Shown piece by piece: positions 53,401 through 64,000 of a DNA stretch of 64,000 nt (its first letter is position 1; every line of letters begins with the position of its first letter). Below the pieces are notes generated by a model. That model saw only the letters and a list, made by a program, of their open reading frames with translations. It searched no databases and had not been told where the DNA came from. A program made the position numbers and the translations under genes. The stretch covers positions 26,536,001-26,600,000 of the forward strand of contig NC_047016.1 of NCBI RefSeq assembly GCF_902652985.1. The letters are read 5' to 3'. The DNA is from Pecten maximus. Taxonomy: Eukaryota.

Positions 53401-54072
53401 TGTTTTATTGTGTCCCCATCTTGCTGCCCAAAGCAAAGCAGTATCTTTTTTCACGTTTAGAGAATCCACGTGGATTCCTGAATCTAAGTAGAGTTTCACC
53501 AAGGCCGTGAAGCCTCTAAAAGCTGCTAGATGATAGGCCGAGAAAGTTCGTGGTCTTTGGCCCTCTATTTCAATCATGGTTTCAGGTTTTATCACTTCCA
53601 CCTTTTCATCTGGAGTCGGAAATATGTCCATAAATTTCGTAGCTAGCTCCATATTGTTAAGTTCCGTAATTTGATGCAGCGCTGAGCGAGTTGTTTTCGG
53701 TAAGGTGAAAAGTTGTTTTAATAACTCTTTACTGCCATTCTCGATAATGATTTCCACGATGTCTATCCTATTAAATTTCAGTGCAAAATGTAAGATATTT
53801 TGATTGTTTAAAGGATCTAACATAGCAGCATGGTGCAAAGGGACATAACCCTCGGCCTTTGTCATCATATCTGTAACATCAGACGGCGTCCCGTTTTCCA
53901 AAACCTTGAAAAGCTGAATTCTGACTTTCTCATAACGTTCATCCGCTGGGGGTGAAAATGGACGTAATAATGGTTTGGACGCTTCAAGGTCGATAGCATC
54001 TTCGCTAACAATACCACTGTCGTCTTTCAAACTGGATTCAGCGATCGTTGAAAGTTTCATTTGACTTTTGAC
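50482..54072 (-). CDS. TRP cation channel main exon: ~17-18 ankyrin repeats plus TRPV-type 6-TM/pore domain
   Basis: Long ORF with repeated TPLH/TALH ankyrin motifs and six hydrophobic segments. Also FTRGFK (S4-S5), pore MMIGMAEL, S6 LLNLLIAMMNDSY, TRP-box-like TWRVESV and a C-terminal coiled coil. Phase-0 acceptor tatttccag|GTC at 54072. Confidence 0.93.
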   Translation of the reverse strand, partial: VKSQMKLSTIAESSLKDDSGIVSEDAIDLEASKPLLRPFSPPADERYEKVRIQLFKVLENGTPSDVTDMMTKAEGYVPLHHAAMLDPLNNQNILHFALKFNRIDIVEIIIENGSKELLKQLFTLPKTTRSALHQITELNNMELATKFMDIFPTPDEKVEVIKPETMIEIEGQRPRTFSAYHLAAFRGFTALVKLYLDSGIHVDSLNVKKDTALLWAARWGHNKTVEFLIERKADVSLENDKKSTALYWAVRYQLIDTVVILLEKGKANPNQTRLLGLVAPIVMASALGNNEIVKVLIDNGADVNITIRGGETPLHHAAKEGHLDVVQTLLDRNADLIAQDEKGERSLTLAAQNGHADVVRYLLGCGADMYHKNHFGFDSWYYAMTQHNDIVLRALTEHYNNLRSNNKNVKSPLCIAASLGNCAMIKILLKMRVDPEETDVDGNTFIHHAAINNQGNVIKHFHKKVSIDAQNNVKETAMHIACRRGSHDAVLELMERKAKTNVGNLKGETALHVAASSNKTTPEIARALVEHTIKSHDWESVNATDNEGNNALHIAGLSAEPDVLWEWRFVRFKDVDKEGNTPLHEAVISGKHEVLETALDIYENMQRDADINTLNKKSESVLHLAASAGFSDSITRLIFYGADLTCADKDGNTVLHRLVRDMAESKSDSKAIERVMETIIFDSVRWWCNHHGILYPGENESLFKQLQRKALLSLVNDYSNKQNLSVLGYAYKVGSHKFLNRILTMPDVMMFQRDENIYFDITHLTPTTNHNLSKCCNCTSARVQHSNSHIDLLMTLEVKGRASHVLDIPPVRQIERMYTAICAWAYGFFMILHILYMSVFSYVGIEIASKFRDHANGTPLSDTDPVLIAAYAIVPLEPAIGLLYVMLDICRNLCRRELPNMRMLLTLIFVIMFASLVFSWIILISIRNTNHDYVLSVCLCLGWMLSISFTRGFKGIHYFFKMLVNMIMRDVFRFLIFFSFVLLAFSFALHTLFQISTSIVNTYTDPFETIFLAFNMMIGMAELFDGTIESGMESVGRTATFAKAIYILYILLSTIILLNLLIAMMNDSYSDILRHQKVTWRVESVQIGIGIENMFPWFPGIFGRIYIERLRIGIGNKHGDDEDERWYLVTNSKTLDAHRPDETDEKSAGRLTSALEKQMQEVDDRIRIAEQRSIEASHKYEEILTILSKMEKRMDQ

Positions 54073-54840
54073 CTGGAAATATAAAACCAAATGCATTGAA
54101 AATGAAATGTTTCGGAAATAATTTGGAAATATAAATTAAATAGACATACTCTTATCTCCTTCCGAAACAATCGCATACATTGTGTCGTTGTTCAATGGGG
54201 GAAATAATAGTTTATATATTCATTATATGAGAACATCTTTCATTATTCCCACTTGTCCCCAGGAAAAAACATAATAGTGCCTTTAAGCGGTCAGAGCACC
54301 CTATTTTCACTAAAATAATAAAATAAAGACAAAGCAATACATCTGTAGGCGAACAATAAAGGCGAAACTAACTCAAAACTGATAAAAAGCAAAATACGGA
54401 GATGAAATAGTAGATATGTTAAGACGAACATGGAGAATATAACCAGATGTTTATATTAGACTAAATGTCTTTTACTTCATCGATGATAGCCATCATGCAA
54501 ATCAAATCATATAAAAGAAGTGTTACGTTTTCCAAAAGTAAAACCGGGAATATCAACAAATATAAATCTCGGCGGATATTGCACAAACAGAACAAAACAA
54601 TAATACGGTTGTTTAAGGAGCATATGTTTACATTCTCGGTCTTCAATATATGGGTCCTCTATTTGTCTGCTACATTCCACATTAGCGATGACATTAAATC
54701 ACATAAAGGTTTAGTTGTGTGTATCATTTCGTGTGGGTTGCTATATTCTATTTTCTGTTTAAAATCCTGAATGAACGTGATCTCTCTGGAATGTTAGAGA
54801 TGTGTGATTCCCGTACCACTTAAGGTTTTAGTCTTCTTAC

Positions 54841-54957
54841 CTTTCGTGCCTCCCTCAGACTTTTATAGTCGCCATCTTCCGATGCCTCCCGGACGGATGT
54901 AACGACCTGTGACTGCCGGCGTGGTCTATGACGCATACTTTCCGGGATGTCGTCCAT
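54841..54957 (-). CDS. TRP channel N-terminal coding exon (MDDIPESMRHRPRRQSQ...EARK)
   Basis: 39 open codons ending at an AAG|gtaaga phase-0 donor that fits the main exon. An acceptor ttttcag| at 54975 implies further upstream, probably UTR, exon(s). Confidence 0.8.
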
Positions 54958-55094
54958 GTTGGATGTTTTTTTCCCCTGAAAATTAAGATGAAGAGGAAAT
55001 ATTAGTTATGGAGACATTGCATAATGTTTTGTTTGTATCATTTACGTATCATTTTTGAATATGTGTCATTATGTGGTTACCATTTGTTGTGTGT

Positions 55095-55335
55095 GCTAAG
55101 GTGCTTACCTTTTGTGTATGTGTGTTTATGTGCCTTTTAGTGTATGGTGTTTAAGTGCTTATCTTAAATGTATATGTGTGTATGTGCCGACCTGAAGTGT
55201 ATATGTATGTGTGCGGACCTTAAGTCTATATGTTTATGTGCCGACCTTAAGTGTATATGTGTGTATGTGCTTACCTTTTGTGTATGTATGTTTAAGTGCT
55301 TTCCGTTATAATTCGTGCATGTGTGTTTAAGTATT
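55095..55335. repeat. Degenerate TG-rich ~28-30-bp tandem repeat
   Basis: Recurring GTGCTTACCTT / GTGCCGACCT...GTGTATATGT motif. Confidence 0.65.
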
Positions 55336-56605
55336 TTTTATTTAACGTAAAAGTATATATTTCATTTGTTTTCAATAAAGCTATATTATAATGCTAAATA
55401 TATATATTCGTGAATTGTTAGTGCACATATTCCTGTTTCATCTGTACAACGACCTGGTATCGATTGTATATTTTTTCACAGAGGCAAATAGTGTTTTCCC
55501 TATTTTTAACACGGCCCTGCCTTTCGTCAAACCATTTAGACAAGTTAAAATTCACATTATTTAAAGTCGCATATATATTTATAAAGAATATCAGCTTATG
55601 CAAGCTACATGTATTAATGCGACAACCGCAAAGCCATTACTTGCAACCAAAACTAGCTTTTCAGACTTGACTTATAAGTATGAAAATGATTATAGTTTAA
55701 AGGTGACCTGAATAGCCACTTTAAATGTTCGCTTCCATATCTGTCATGGTCACTGGTCGAAACAGGCACCATTAGTTTAGTATATCTGTACACAGACAGA
55801 TCAATACTTCAATTGAGTCGATCATGTTTATATAGATTCGAGTGGTGTAGAGAAAGTCACTATTACAACTGTCTATCTGTGTCGTATATGATATAGTTAC
55901 TTATCTGTAGATACACGTACCTAACAATATTTGGACCAATATTCCAATTTGTATAGATCTAAAATCGTGATCGGGAAAATATCAAATACATCATTTAAAA
56001 ATAACGTCGTACACTCAGGACATTAGAAAGTAAGAATTTACTTAATCTCGTAAAATCCAGGTATGGAAATCACTTATTGTCATTTTTCGACTTCTATAGC
56101 TATGTTGAATGGTTCGTGGAGTGGGAATGTGTACATTGATATCCATCATAGTATGTTTGTCTCCACTGTCGCTAAGGGAATGGTAAACATTACTCAAGGT
56201 TTACCTCTCAGTAGTACCACGCATATCAAAGCCAATTAGTTCCAAACAGACAGTAAATAATCATGTTTGAAGATAAAACAGTCAAGTGTTTGTTATTTGA
56301 AATGATTTTGGACCGGGTAATTTTTGTTTTAAAACGTTCTGATGAACATACTTTATATATACAAATACGAAATGTTGGATTCATAAAAAAAAAAAAAAAA
56401 AAAATAGCTATCATATAACCAGTATTTTCAAATTACGAAGGAAGATACGATTTCACCAACACCGAAACCCTCTGAAAGGGGTGCTTGAAATTGCATAGTC
56501 AGGTGACAGTCAATATGGTTATATTTTGAAAACGTCATATGCCACTGAATTAGTAATGAACTATGCGAGTCATATGTTAAATCTATGGGATAGTGTTACA
56601 TTGTA

Positions 56606-57644
56606 CAGTCAAACTTCGATGTTTCGAAGTTCCAGGGACTAACAGAAAAACTTCGAAACAGCGGGACTTCGAATTATTCATGGTTGACAATAGATCGATG
56701 TTTTCTTGATAATTACCATATCTGTTAACGTTACATGTCCTCAGTGTCTTCGTGTTGATCGTCGCCTGTGAGGCTCATATCGAAAAGTTTAGTTAATTTA
56801 TACCTCAAACACAACAAAATAAAAATTCTTTTCATTAATTATACCTAAGCATTTTATTAATTAAACAAAATATGTATCGGTTACAAAACACTTTTATCGC
56901 GTTTAACAGATAAAGCAAAAGAAGTACAATGCACACTTACGTAAGTCGTTAGGCTTTTCTGCTAAAGACACGTGCGTTTACGTTATGTGCATATAAAATA
57001 CGGAATGCCGATCGGTTGGAGAATGCATGATTGAATGACAAATAATCGATTTACTTGGATATTTATGTATAAGTTTGAAACGTGACACTTTGAATATGAG
57101 TGAAGCTATCGCTAATTGTTTGTGTTTAAAATTGGTCCGGTTGTTTTACAGTTCCGTAAAATTTACTCACCGACCGCTGATTTCAATGGCGGCGGAGATT
57201 ATCAGAGACGACTACCGAAATGTTTTACCGGAGTGATTAAATGTCATGGCTTCTAAATACACCTTTGATCTATCAATTTGGTCTGATTATTAAATTAACC
57301 CCATGACCGGGAGTGACAACACACGCTATCGTTATCCCTATTGTCAGTCAGGGCATTTGGGGGAGAGGTGTGAAATCTTGCCGCAGGGGTCACGACAAAC
57401 ACCTGTCCAGTGGTCAGTACAGGTAAATTTTTTGTTCGAATCATGAGATGTCAATTACCTATAATATCATAGCTAACGGGTCATGAAAAAAATTCGATAC
57501 ATCGAAAACTTCGATTTATAAAAATTCGAATCATACATAGTTTCGTTAGTAGTGTTATATAGTGAAAAAATTCGGGACCAAGCAAAAAGTTCGATACAGC
57601 GAGAAATTCGAATCAACGAAGTTCGAATCATCGAGGTTTGACTG
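56606..57644. mobile_element. Non-autonomous DNA transposon (MITE), Tc1/mariner-pogo/Tigger-like
   Basis: TIRs CAGTCAAACTTCGATGTTTCGAA and CAGTCAAACCTCGATGATTCGAA (21/23 match), TA TSD, subterminal TTCGA repeats. Confidence 0.9.
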
Positions 57645-58424
57645 TATTTACTTCGTATACATGTAGTCAGAGAATGTATTCATGAAACCTTACCGCGCTT
57701 ATATACACATTTAGTGTTCAGGCTCAAATACTGTATGGTGATAGATCAAATATCTGAATATTATTTTTCAATGACTGAACACATTTCAGAAAGACTTAGT
57801 GAGATAATATTTTCATTTTTGTTTCTTTTAAACTGCTTTTTAAGTATTTAAGCGAGTTCAAAAAATGGGTTGAGCACAAAAGCCTAGCACTAGTCCACCG
57901 TCCAAAGGGAAGTCTTTTGATAATCACATTTCATTTAAATCAAATGTATTACACATATTACATACTCACAATATACCACTATCAACTCTTACCCCATTCA
58001 TGTATTACTATCATTTTTAAAGGAACCATACAATAAAGGCTACACAACGAACCAATTGGTATACGATAATGTAATAGTAATACAATATAATTATCAGACT
58101 TCTGAATAGTCATCCTTACCTCTCCTACAGTAACCACCACATTCATCAACTATTTATTAGTAAGATATACGCTACAAGGCATTGCTTACTATAGTGCCCG
58201 TAAACAAGTTTGTTACCTTTATGCAGTCCTAAACCTGATAGAGGGAGCGTTTTATCATGACAAATGATCGATATGGCTTTAAACTAAGGTGTGGAATTCA
58301 GCCCTGTATATACTGTACCCTATGTAATTTTGCCAGCATTAGTCAGCCCTGTTCCGTAATGTTCCGTAAATAATCAATTCATCAAACAGGTTCATCCCAC
58401 ATATCCCATTATTTATTAAAAAAT

Positions 58425-58700
58425 CATCAACTCGTGTTTGGTTTACATACAGGCTAAACGCCAGTCTATCAACTCATGTTTGGTATACTATAGAATTTAT
58501 TGTGCAGGTCTAACGCTATCTTATCAACTCGTGTTTGGTAAACTGTAGAATTTATTATATTGGCTAAACGTCATTCTATCAAATCGTGTTTGGCTTGCTG
58601 TAGAATTTGCTATACAGACAAACACATTTTCATCAGCCTATTTTTGCTATATGAATTAATATGCAAGCCAAAAACCATACTAATCAACACAGGGTTTGTA
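58425..58700. repeat. Degenerate ~55-bp tandem repeat
   Basis: Recurring TCAACTCGTGTTTGG...TAGAATTT...CTAAACG motif. Confidence 0.7.
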
Positions 58701-61700
58701 TAATGTATAATGTAAAGTTTTCTACTGCAGAAAAATCGAAGTATTAATTGATATACCGACGTGGCCCTCGTTTCGCATGAATGTAGAAGTTATTGTACAG
58801 ATTTTGTCGTTAGAGAAACAAATCAAAGACACTTTCTAATAGTTCACATTCCAAAACATCGATACTCCGTTCAACTGTAAATCCGCAGTACAAAGCAGAC
58901 AATGCTTGTGAGGTACTTTAGGATCGTTTGACTCGTGTAACCGATACGGTAAACAGGTCGTGATTGGAAACGTTATTAGTTTATCACTAGGTTACGGAGA
59001 ACCAAGACTTTAACAAAGCTTCTACAATATGTAAATAGCTAATTGAAATATTCTATGGATATAGACACTAGAGAACTCCAATCCCCAACCCCTTTATTCC
59101 ATCTTTTTTTCTCTGGATTTTGTCACATTTCTGATGATGTGTTATGTAGTGGTGGGGTTTTTCTATTGTTTACGTAAGTTTTACATAGTGGTTGGAGTTT
59201 TGGATTGTACCTGAGGTTGGGGTTTTTATGTAGGAGACTTTAGAATGAATATCCTCTCTGAGATTTATAAAATGTCTTCATATTAAAATAATCTTTTCTA
59301 CAAGTCTTTAGCACCCTTGTAGGTAGAGCGTAAGCGTTGTACCTGATATCCCAATAACTCGTAAGAGGCGACTAAATTTTGGATCTTTGTATCTTCTCCA
59401 ATTCTTTCTATTGTCTTTCGTATGTCTCATTAAACTTGAGTTAAGCGCATCAAAGTCATTAGACGATGGTCGAGCGGCGAGATATCTAACAGGTGCGTCC
59501 CGGTGCCGTTATATAGCACACTGCGGGAGTGAGTGTCAGTGATGTCATTTCAGTGGAATTGCACTATAAAACGATCCTTAAGCTAGATTAAATGAGCCAC
59601 CGTCATTATATGGATTTATTGGATTCATAGGAGTTTGACAATAACCAACATACCACTAGTACACTTTTGTATAGCGACTAGAACTCATGTATTTGAAGAG
59701 GACTACTGCTGTCCTTCCACTGTCCCGGTAAGATTGATTAGCTGTGATATCCTACCTCGTCATACCGAACCTGTCTGTGTTATATTGCCTTGTTAGACAA
59801 ACAAACTTCATGTATGGTCAAATTTTCCGTACAAGCATTCAAAAATGTACAATACGATTATATTGAAATAGAATTATCTAGTGTAAATTTAGCAGATACA
59901 TATATATATATATAGTTTCTATAGTAGAAGTTTCGGACAAGCGGGGCTCGGGGTTTCAATCCCCTGGCTTGTACATGATAACTACTTAACACAACCAGGG
60001 GATTACACGGGCACAAAGCGCTGCATTTCAGACATTATCATAACACTACGGCCGATATTGTCTTCTGTATTTCTATTTCATTCTCTTTGAAGTAAGTCAG
60101 CGGAATGTCTTATACATTATTCAATTCCTAGTGTTTATATGCAAATAGAGCTGTCTTAATATCGATCCCACCAGTCCTCGTCCAGACTAATAATACAAAC
60201 AAAAGATATTCAACCAACCCAATTTAAGAACCTAACGCACTAATATACATTTTATCCGATATTCTTTATTTTAAAAAGAGAATGTCATGTACCTGTATGT
60301 ACTGGTTTTATGTAAAGTTTAGATTATAAATAACTGAACAATCATCAGGGAGGAATTTCAAAAATCGGGATGAGGTAGCTAGGGTGGTACCATGTAACAC
60401 GGACTTAAGGGAAAGCTAACTTTAGGTCCGTGGTGAGGCAATATATCCTTTTTAAAGAATTGTAATAAGAAGCATGCAACGCCTTTATAATTAAGTGCCG
60501 ATCCCTGGTGAAAGTTGAAGCTTAACCTATAATTGTACATCGTTTAAATAACTATACTGACATAAAACTTAATTGCCGTATTCACATAGTATGTATTGCC
60601 AGAGACGTGTATATCACATACACTTGCGAAGTATTTTAATACGAACCTAATCAAAATTGAGCAAACTGGTTGTTACCGAGAGTTGTTTTGTTCGATAATG
60701 ACTTGGAACTTTCGAAGTTTAGCATGTAATCAGCCACGTATACGGTGTACATGAAGTACAGTGCTTACTGTTCACTATATCTACCTATGAGTGTGATGTA
60801 CATGTATATACATATAGTATACAGGTAGTATACAGGTATATGTGTACATACATTAATTACTGGTACAATATACATGTACAACACCAATTTTGTGTTAAAG
60901 AAATGAAAAGTCTGTTAAAACCACTCACCTTGTTGTGATCACTCAGAGGTTGGTTATATACATTTTATCAGGTCGAATTCGAAAGTAGGTGTTGACTGGC
61001 AATGTCCATAGAAATCCCGACCGACACACGTCATATTTTCTCTTGAGGCTTTTAACGGCTCCGATCATGACACCGTTCTATAAACGTCATTCCGGTCAAG
61101 CGAACTGTCCACTAAGCTTTAAATATGGCAGGTTAGTTCAAATACACATGATCTGTTCATATCAACAAATATTTAAGTGATCCAGGGCCATATACCTGTG
61201 TATACTCCTAGTGCAAGGTATGGTACACGTGTGTGTATAGTAACGGGTAACCAAACAATTTACCTGTTCTAACAGGCGTGTTCACGTCACGCCTGATTCG
61301 GTTGGATCTCATTACACCTTTACCATATATAGATATATTGTATATGTATTCAGCAAACCCAGGTATGTTATAGTCTAGGTTTAGTTTTTTTCGGCATGCA
61401 TGCATTCATTCATTCATTCATTGGGATCAGTCACAAGTTCGTAAACTCACAGGCATTTCCATTTACAATTATAACATTATATCATGAATATATATATATG
61501 TATAAAACAAAACAAGAAAACAAACAGCTAAGGTACATGTATTAGTGCATATTTGCTAAGAATATGTAAATCGGCTAAACCCGTTAAAATCATTTTTAAC
61601 CCCATGTGAAATGATTCCTTGATTTTTCCCCAAAAGTTCTTTTAAACTTTTGTGGTTGATTATTCCTTTCATTTTCTTTCAAAGAATCAGCCCATAAAGT

Positions 61701-62025
61701 AAATACACCCGACATGCTTAAGTTCAACTACAGAAGTGAAGATCGGTATCATGTACATTTCATATTTAAGGTGCAATCATATGCTAGTTATAGAACTTAT
61801 ATCATATTTACATTACCAACCTGATTGTTCCAGAAAAAGGTAAACTATTTATTTTCTTTATCAAGCACTTAGTTTAGAAACATTATAGAAACGTTCATCT
61901 ACAACATCCGTAAATCCAAAAGTGAATTTGCCAAACAACTTTAATGCTAGTTTAAACTTTCTTTTATTTCATTTCAAGCATATTCAATACATACAATAAA
62001 CAAGACGATAATGGAAATAGGAACA

Positions 62026-62410
62026 AGTGTCACAGACACGTATGTTAACCTATCACCATTACTAAACAGGTGTCACAGACACTTATGTAAACCTATCACC
62101 ATTACTAAACAGGTGTCACAGACACTTATGTTAACCTATCACCATTACTAAACAGGTGTCACAGACACGTATGTTAACCTATCACCATTACTAAACAGGT
62201 GTCACAGACACGTATGTTAACCTATCACCATTACTAAACAGGTGTCACAGACACTTATGTAAACCTATCACCATTACTAAACAGGTGTCACAGACACTTA
62301 TGTTAACCTATCACCATTACTAAACAGGTGTCACAGACACTTATGTTAACCTATCACCATTACTAAACAGGTGTCACAGATACTTATGTCAACCTATCAC
62401 CATTACTAAA
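62026..62410. repeat. 43-bp minisatellite (AGGTGTCACAGACACTTATGTTAACCTATCACCATTACTAAAC)n, ~9 copies
   Basis: Period 43 at 62068/62111. Confidence 0.97.
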
Positions 62411-62440
62411 AAGCAATGCTATGCGTACTATCAAGTAATA

Positions 62441-62640
62441 CGGCGGCCGGGGTTCGAATCCCCGATCGGACGTGAAAAGGTATGGTGTCACCTACCCGAC
62501 CACTAGGGTTTTCCCCGGGTACTCCAGTTTCCTCCCACAGTAAGACCCTCGCGCTCTTCCATCCAGGCCAACAAGCGTAATTAATATACATTAAGTTGAT
62601 ATAATTTGATTCGCAATTGTTGTAAAATAAATAAAGTTTA
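62441..62640 (+). mobile_element. 5'-truncated tRNA-derived SINE (V/Meta-type core)
   Basis: B-box GGTTCGAATCC, core GGGTTTTCCCCGGGTACTCCAGTTTCCTCCCACA, A-rich AAATAAATAAA end. No clear A-box. Confidence 0.75.
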
Positions 62641-62784
62641 CATCAAGTAATAAACATGACATTTTATATAGAATTAAGACCAGAAGTCATGTAGTACTGA
62701 TTGTACATTGTATAGTACTATCGTAATTATGGATCAATTCCCCCTTCATATCGAGATTTAGACATTTCTTTCGAAAACATAGAC

Positions 62785-63570
62785 ACTTTAGGCCCTTAGC
62801 ATCACCGACGAGTTATAAAATGACTACACTTTTGGCCATTAACATAACTGACAAGTTCCGGAATGACTGAAAAGTACACTTAAGGCCCTTAGTATCGTTG
62901 ACGAGTCCGAGAATGATTATAAGTTACACTTAAGGCCCATAGCATCATCGACGAGTCCGAAAATGTCTATAAGTATACTTAAGGGCCTAAGTGTCATTGA
63001 CAAGTCCGAGAATGACTATAAGTTAAAGTTAAGGCCCATAGTATCATTGACGAGTCCCATAATGACGGTATGTACACTTAAGGCCCTTAGTATCATTGAC
63101 GAGTCCGAGAACGACTATAAGTACACTTAAGGCCCTTAGTATCATTGACGAGTCCGAGAATGACTATAAGTTACACTTAAGGCCCTTAGTATCATTGACG
63201 AGTCCGAGAATGACTATAAGTTACACTTAAGGCCCTTAGTATCATTGACGAGTCCGAGAATGACTATAAGTACACTTAAGGCCCATAGTATCATCGACGA
63301 GTCCGAGAATGACTATCAGTTACACTTAAGGCCCTTAGTATCATTGACGAGTCCGATAATGGATATAAGTTACACTTAAGGCCCTTAGTATCATTGACGA
63401 GTCCGAGAATGACTGTATATACACTTAAGGCCTTTAGTATCATTGACGAGTCCGAGAATAAATGTAGGTATACACTTAAGACCATTAGTATCATTGACAA
63501 GTCCGAGAATGACTATAAGTTACACTTAATGCCCTTAGTATCACTGACGAGTCCGAGAATGACTGTACTA
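62785..63570. repeat. ~50-bp minisatellite (GGCCCTTAGTATCATTGACGAGTCCGAGAATGACTATAAGTTACACTTAA)n, ~15 copies
   Basis: Period 50 at 63131/63181. Confidence 0.97.
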
Positions 63571-63819
63571 GAAGGAGTGAAAATGATGACAAGGCTATTA
63601 TCTAATGTCAATCTCCGCGACTCGATCTCCAGCCAGGACACATTAACATTTCGTCTTTTGACATACGGTTAATTTATCATTTGGATTTCGACTGATGAAC
63701 GGGTGTCAGTAAATGATATCAGTTTGAACATGCGGAGAAGGAGACGAGGAAAACGGATAGGCAAGGAAAAGAATCACGTGAGGAAGAATACGTGTAAAGT
63801 AAAACAGACGGACTCGGTC

Positions 63820-64000
63820 GTCCTTGACTGACTCGCATTACTGGTCACTCAGGACTTACTCGCAAGGCTTGTCACCTATGACTGACTCGCAACGTTGGTC
63901 ACACGGACTGACTTAAAATATTGATCACATAGGACTAACTCGAAATATTAATCACCTAGGACTGACTCGAAATATTGATCACCTAGGACTGACTCGAAAT
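63820..64000. repeat. 27-bp tandem repeat (GGACTGACTCGAAATATTGATCACCTA)n, running off the window end
   Basis: Period 27 at 63961/63988, degenerate toward the left. Confidence 0.85.

Noticed and set aside
54073-54096. MHLVLYFQ as the N-terminus of the TRP channel
   Set aside because: This is the intron's polypyrimidine tract and AG acceptor read in frame; a better start lies in the exon at 54957.
56040-56150. Short minus-strand ORF (MMDINVHIPTP...) as an extra TRP coding exon
   Set aside because: It ends in TAA right at the putative donor, so it cannot extend the channel frame.

Overview
Eukaryotic, AT-rich, intron-containing animal DNA. The repeat types and frequent TACATGTA suggest a mollusc, probably a bivalve (inference only). 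Four spliced genes were rebuilt by hand with GT-AG junctions and consistent phases. (1) A probably GPI-anchored Ly6/uPAR three-finger protein (+, 3 exons, 160 aa, 2078-28013). (2) CCDC12/Cwf18 spliceosome factor (+, 5 exons, 156 aa). (3) Lambda-crystallin/L-gulonate 3-dehydrogenase CRYL1-like (-, 6 exons, 319 aa), in which the conserved GFxxNR Asn is replaced by Cys. (4) A ~1235-aa TRP channel (-) with a TRPV-type membrane/pore region but ~17-18 ankyrin repeats, encoded almost entirely in one 3.6-kb exon. The rest is repeat-rich: an 8-kb 34-bp satellite with nested higher-order repeats, about ten other tandem arrays, two TA-flanked CAGT-terminal MITEs, two tRNA-derived SINEs, decayed Penelope-like and CR1-group retroelements, and several foldback hairpins. 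No CRISPR, rRNA or true tRNA genes were seen. Most ORF-track entries are spurious.
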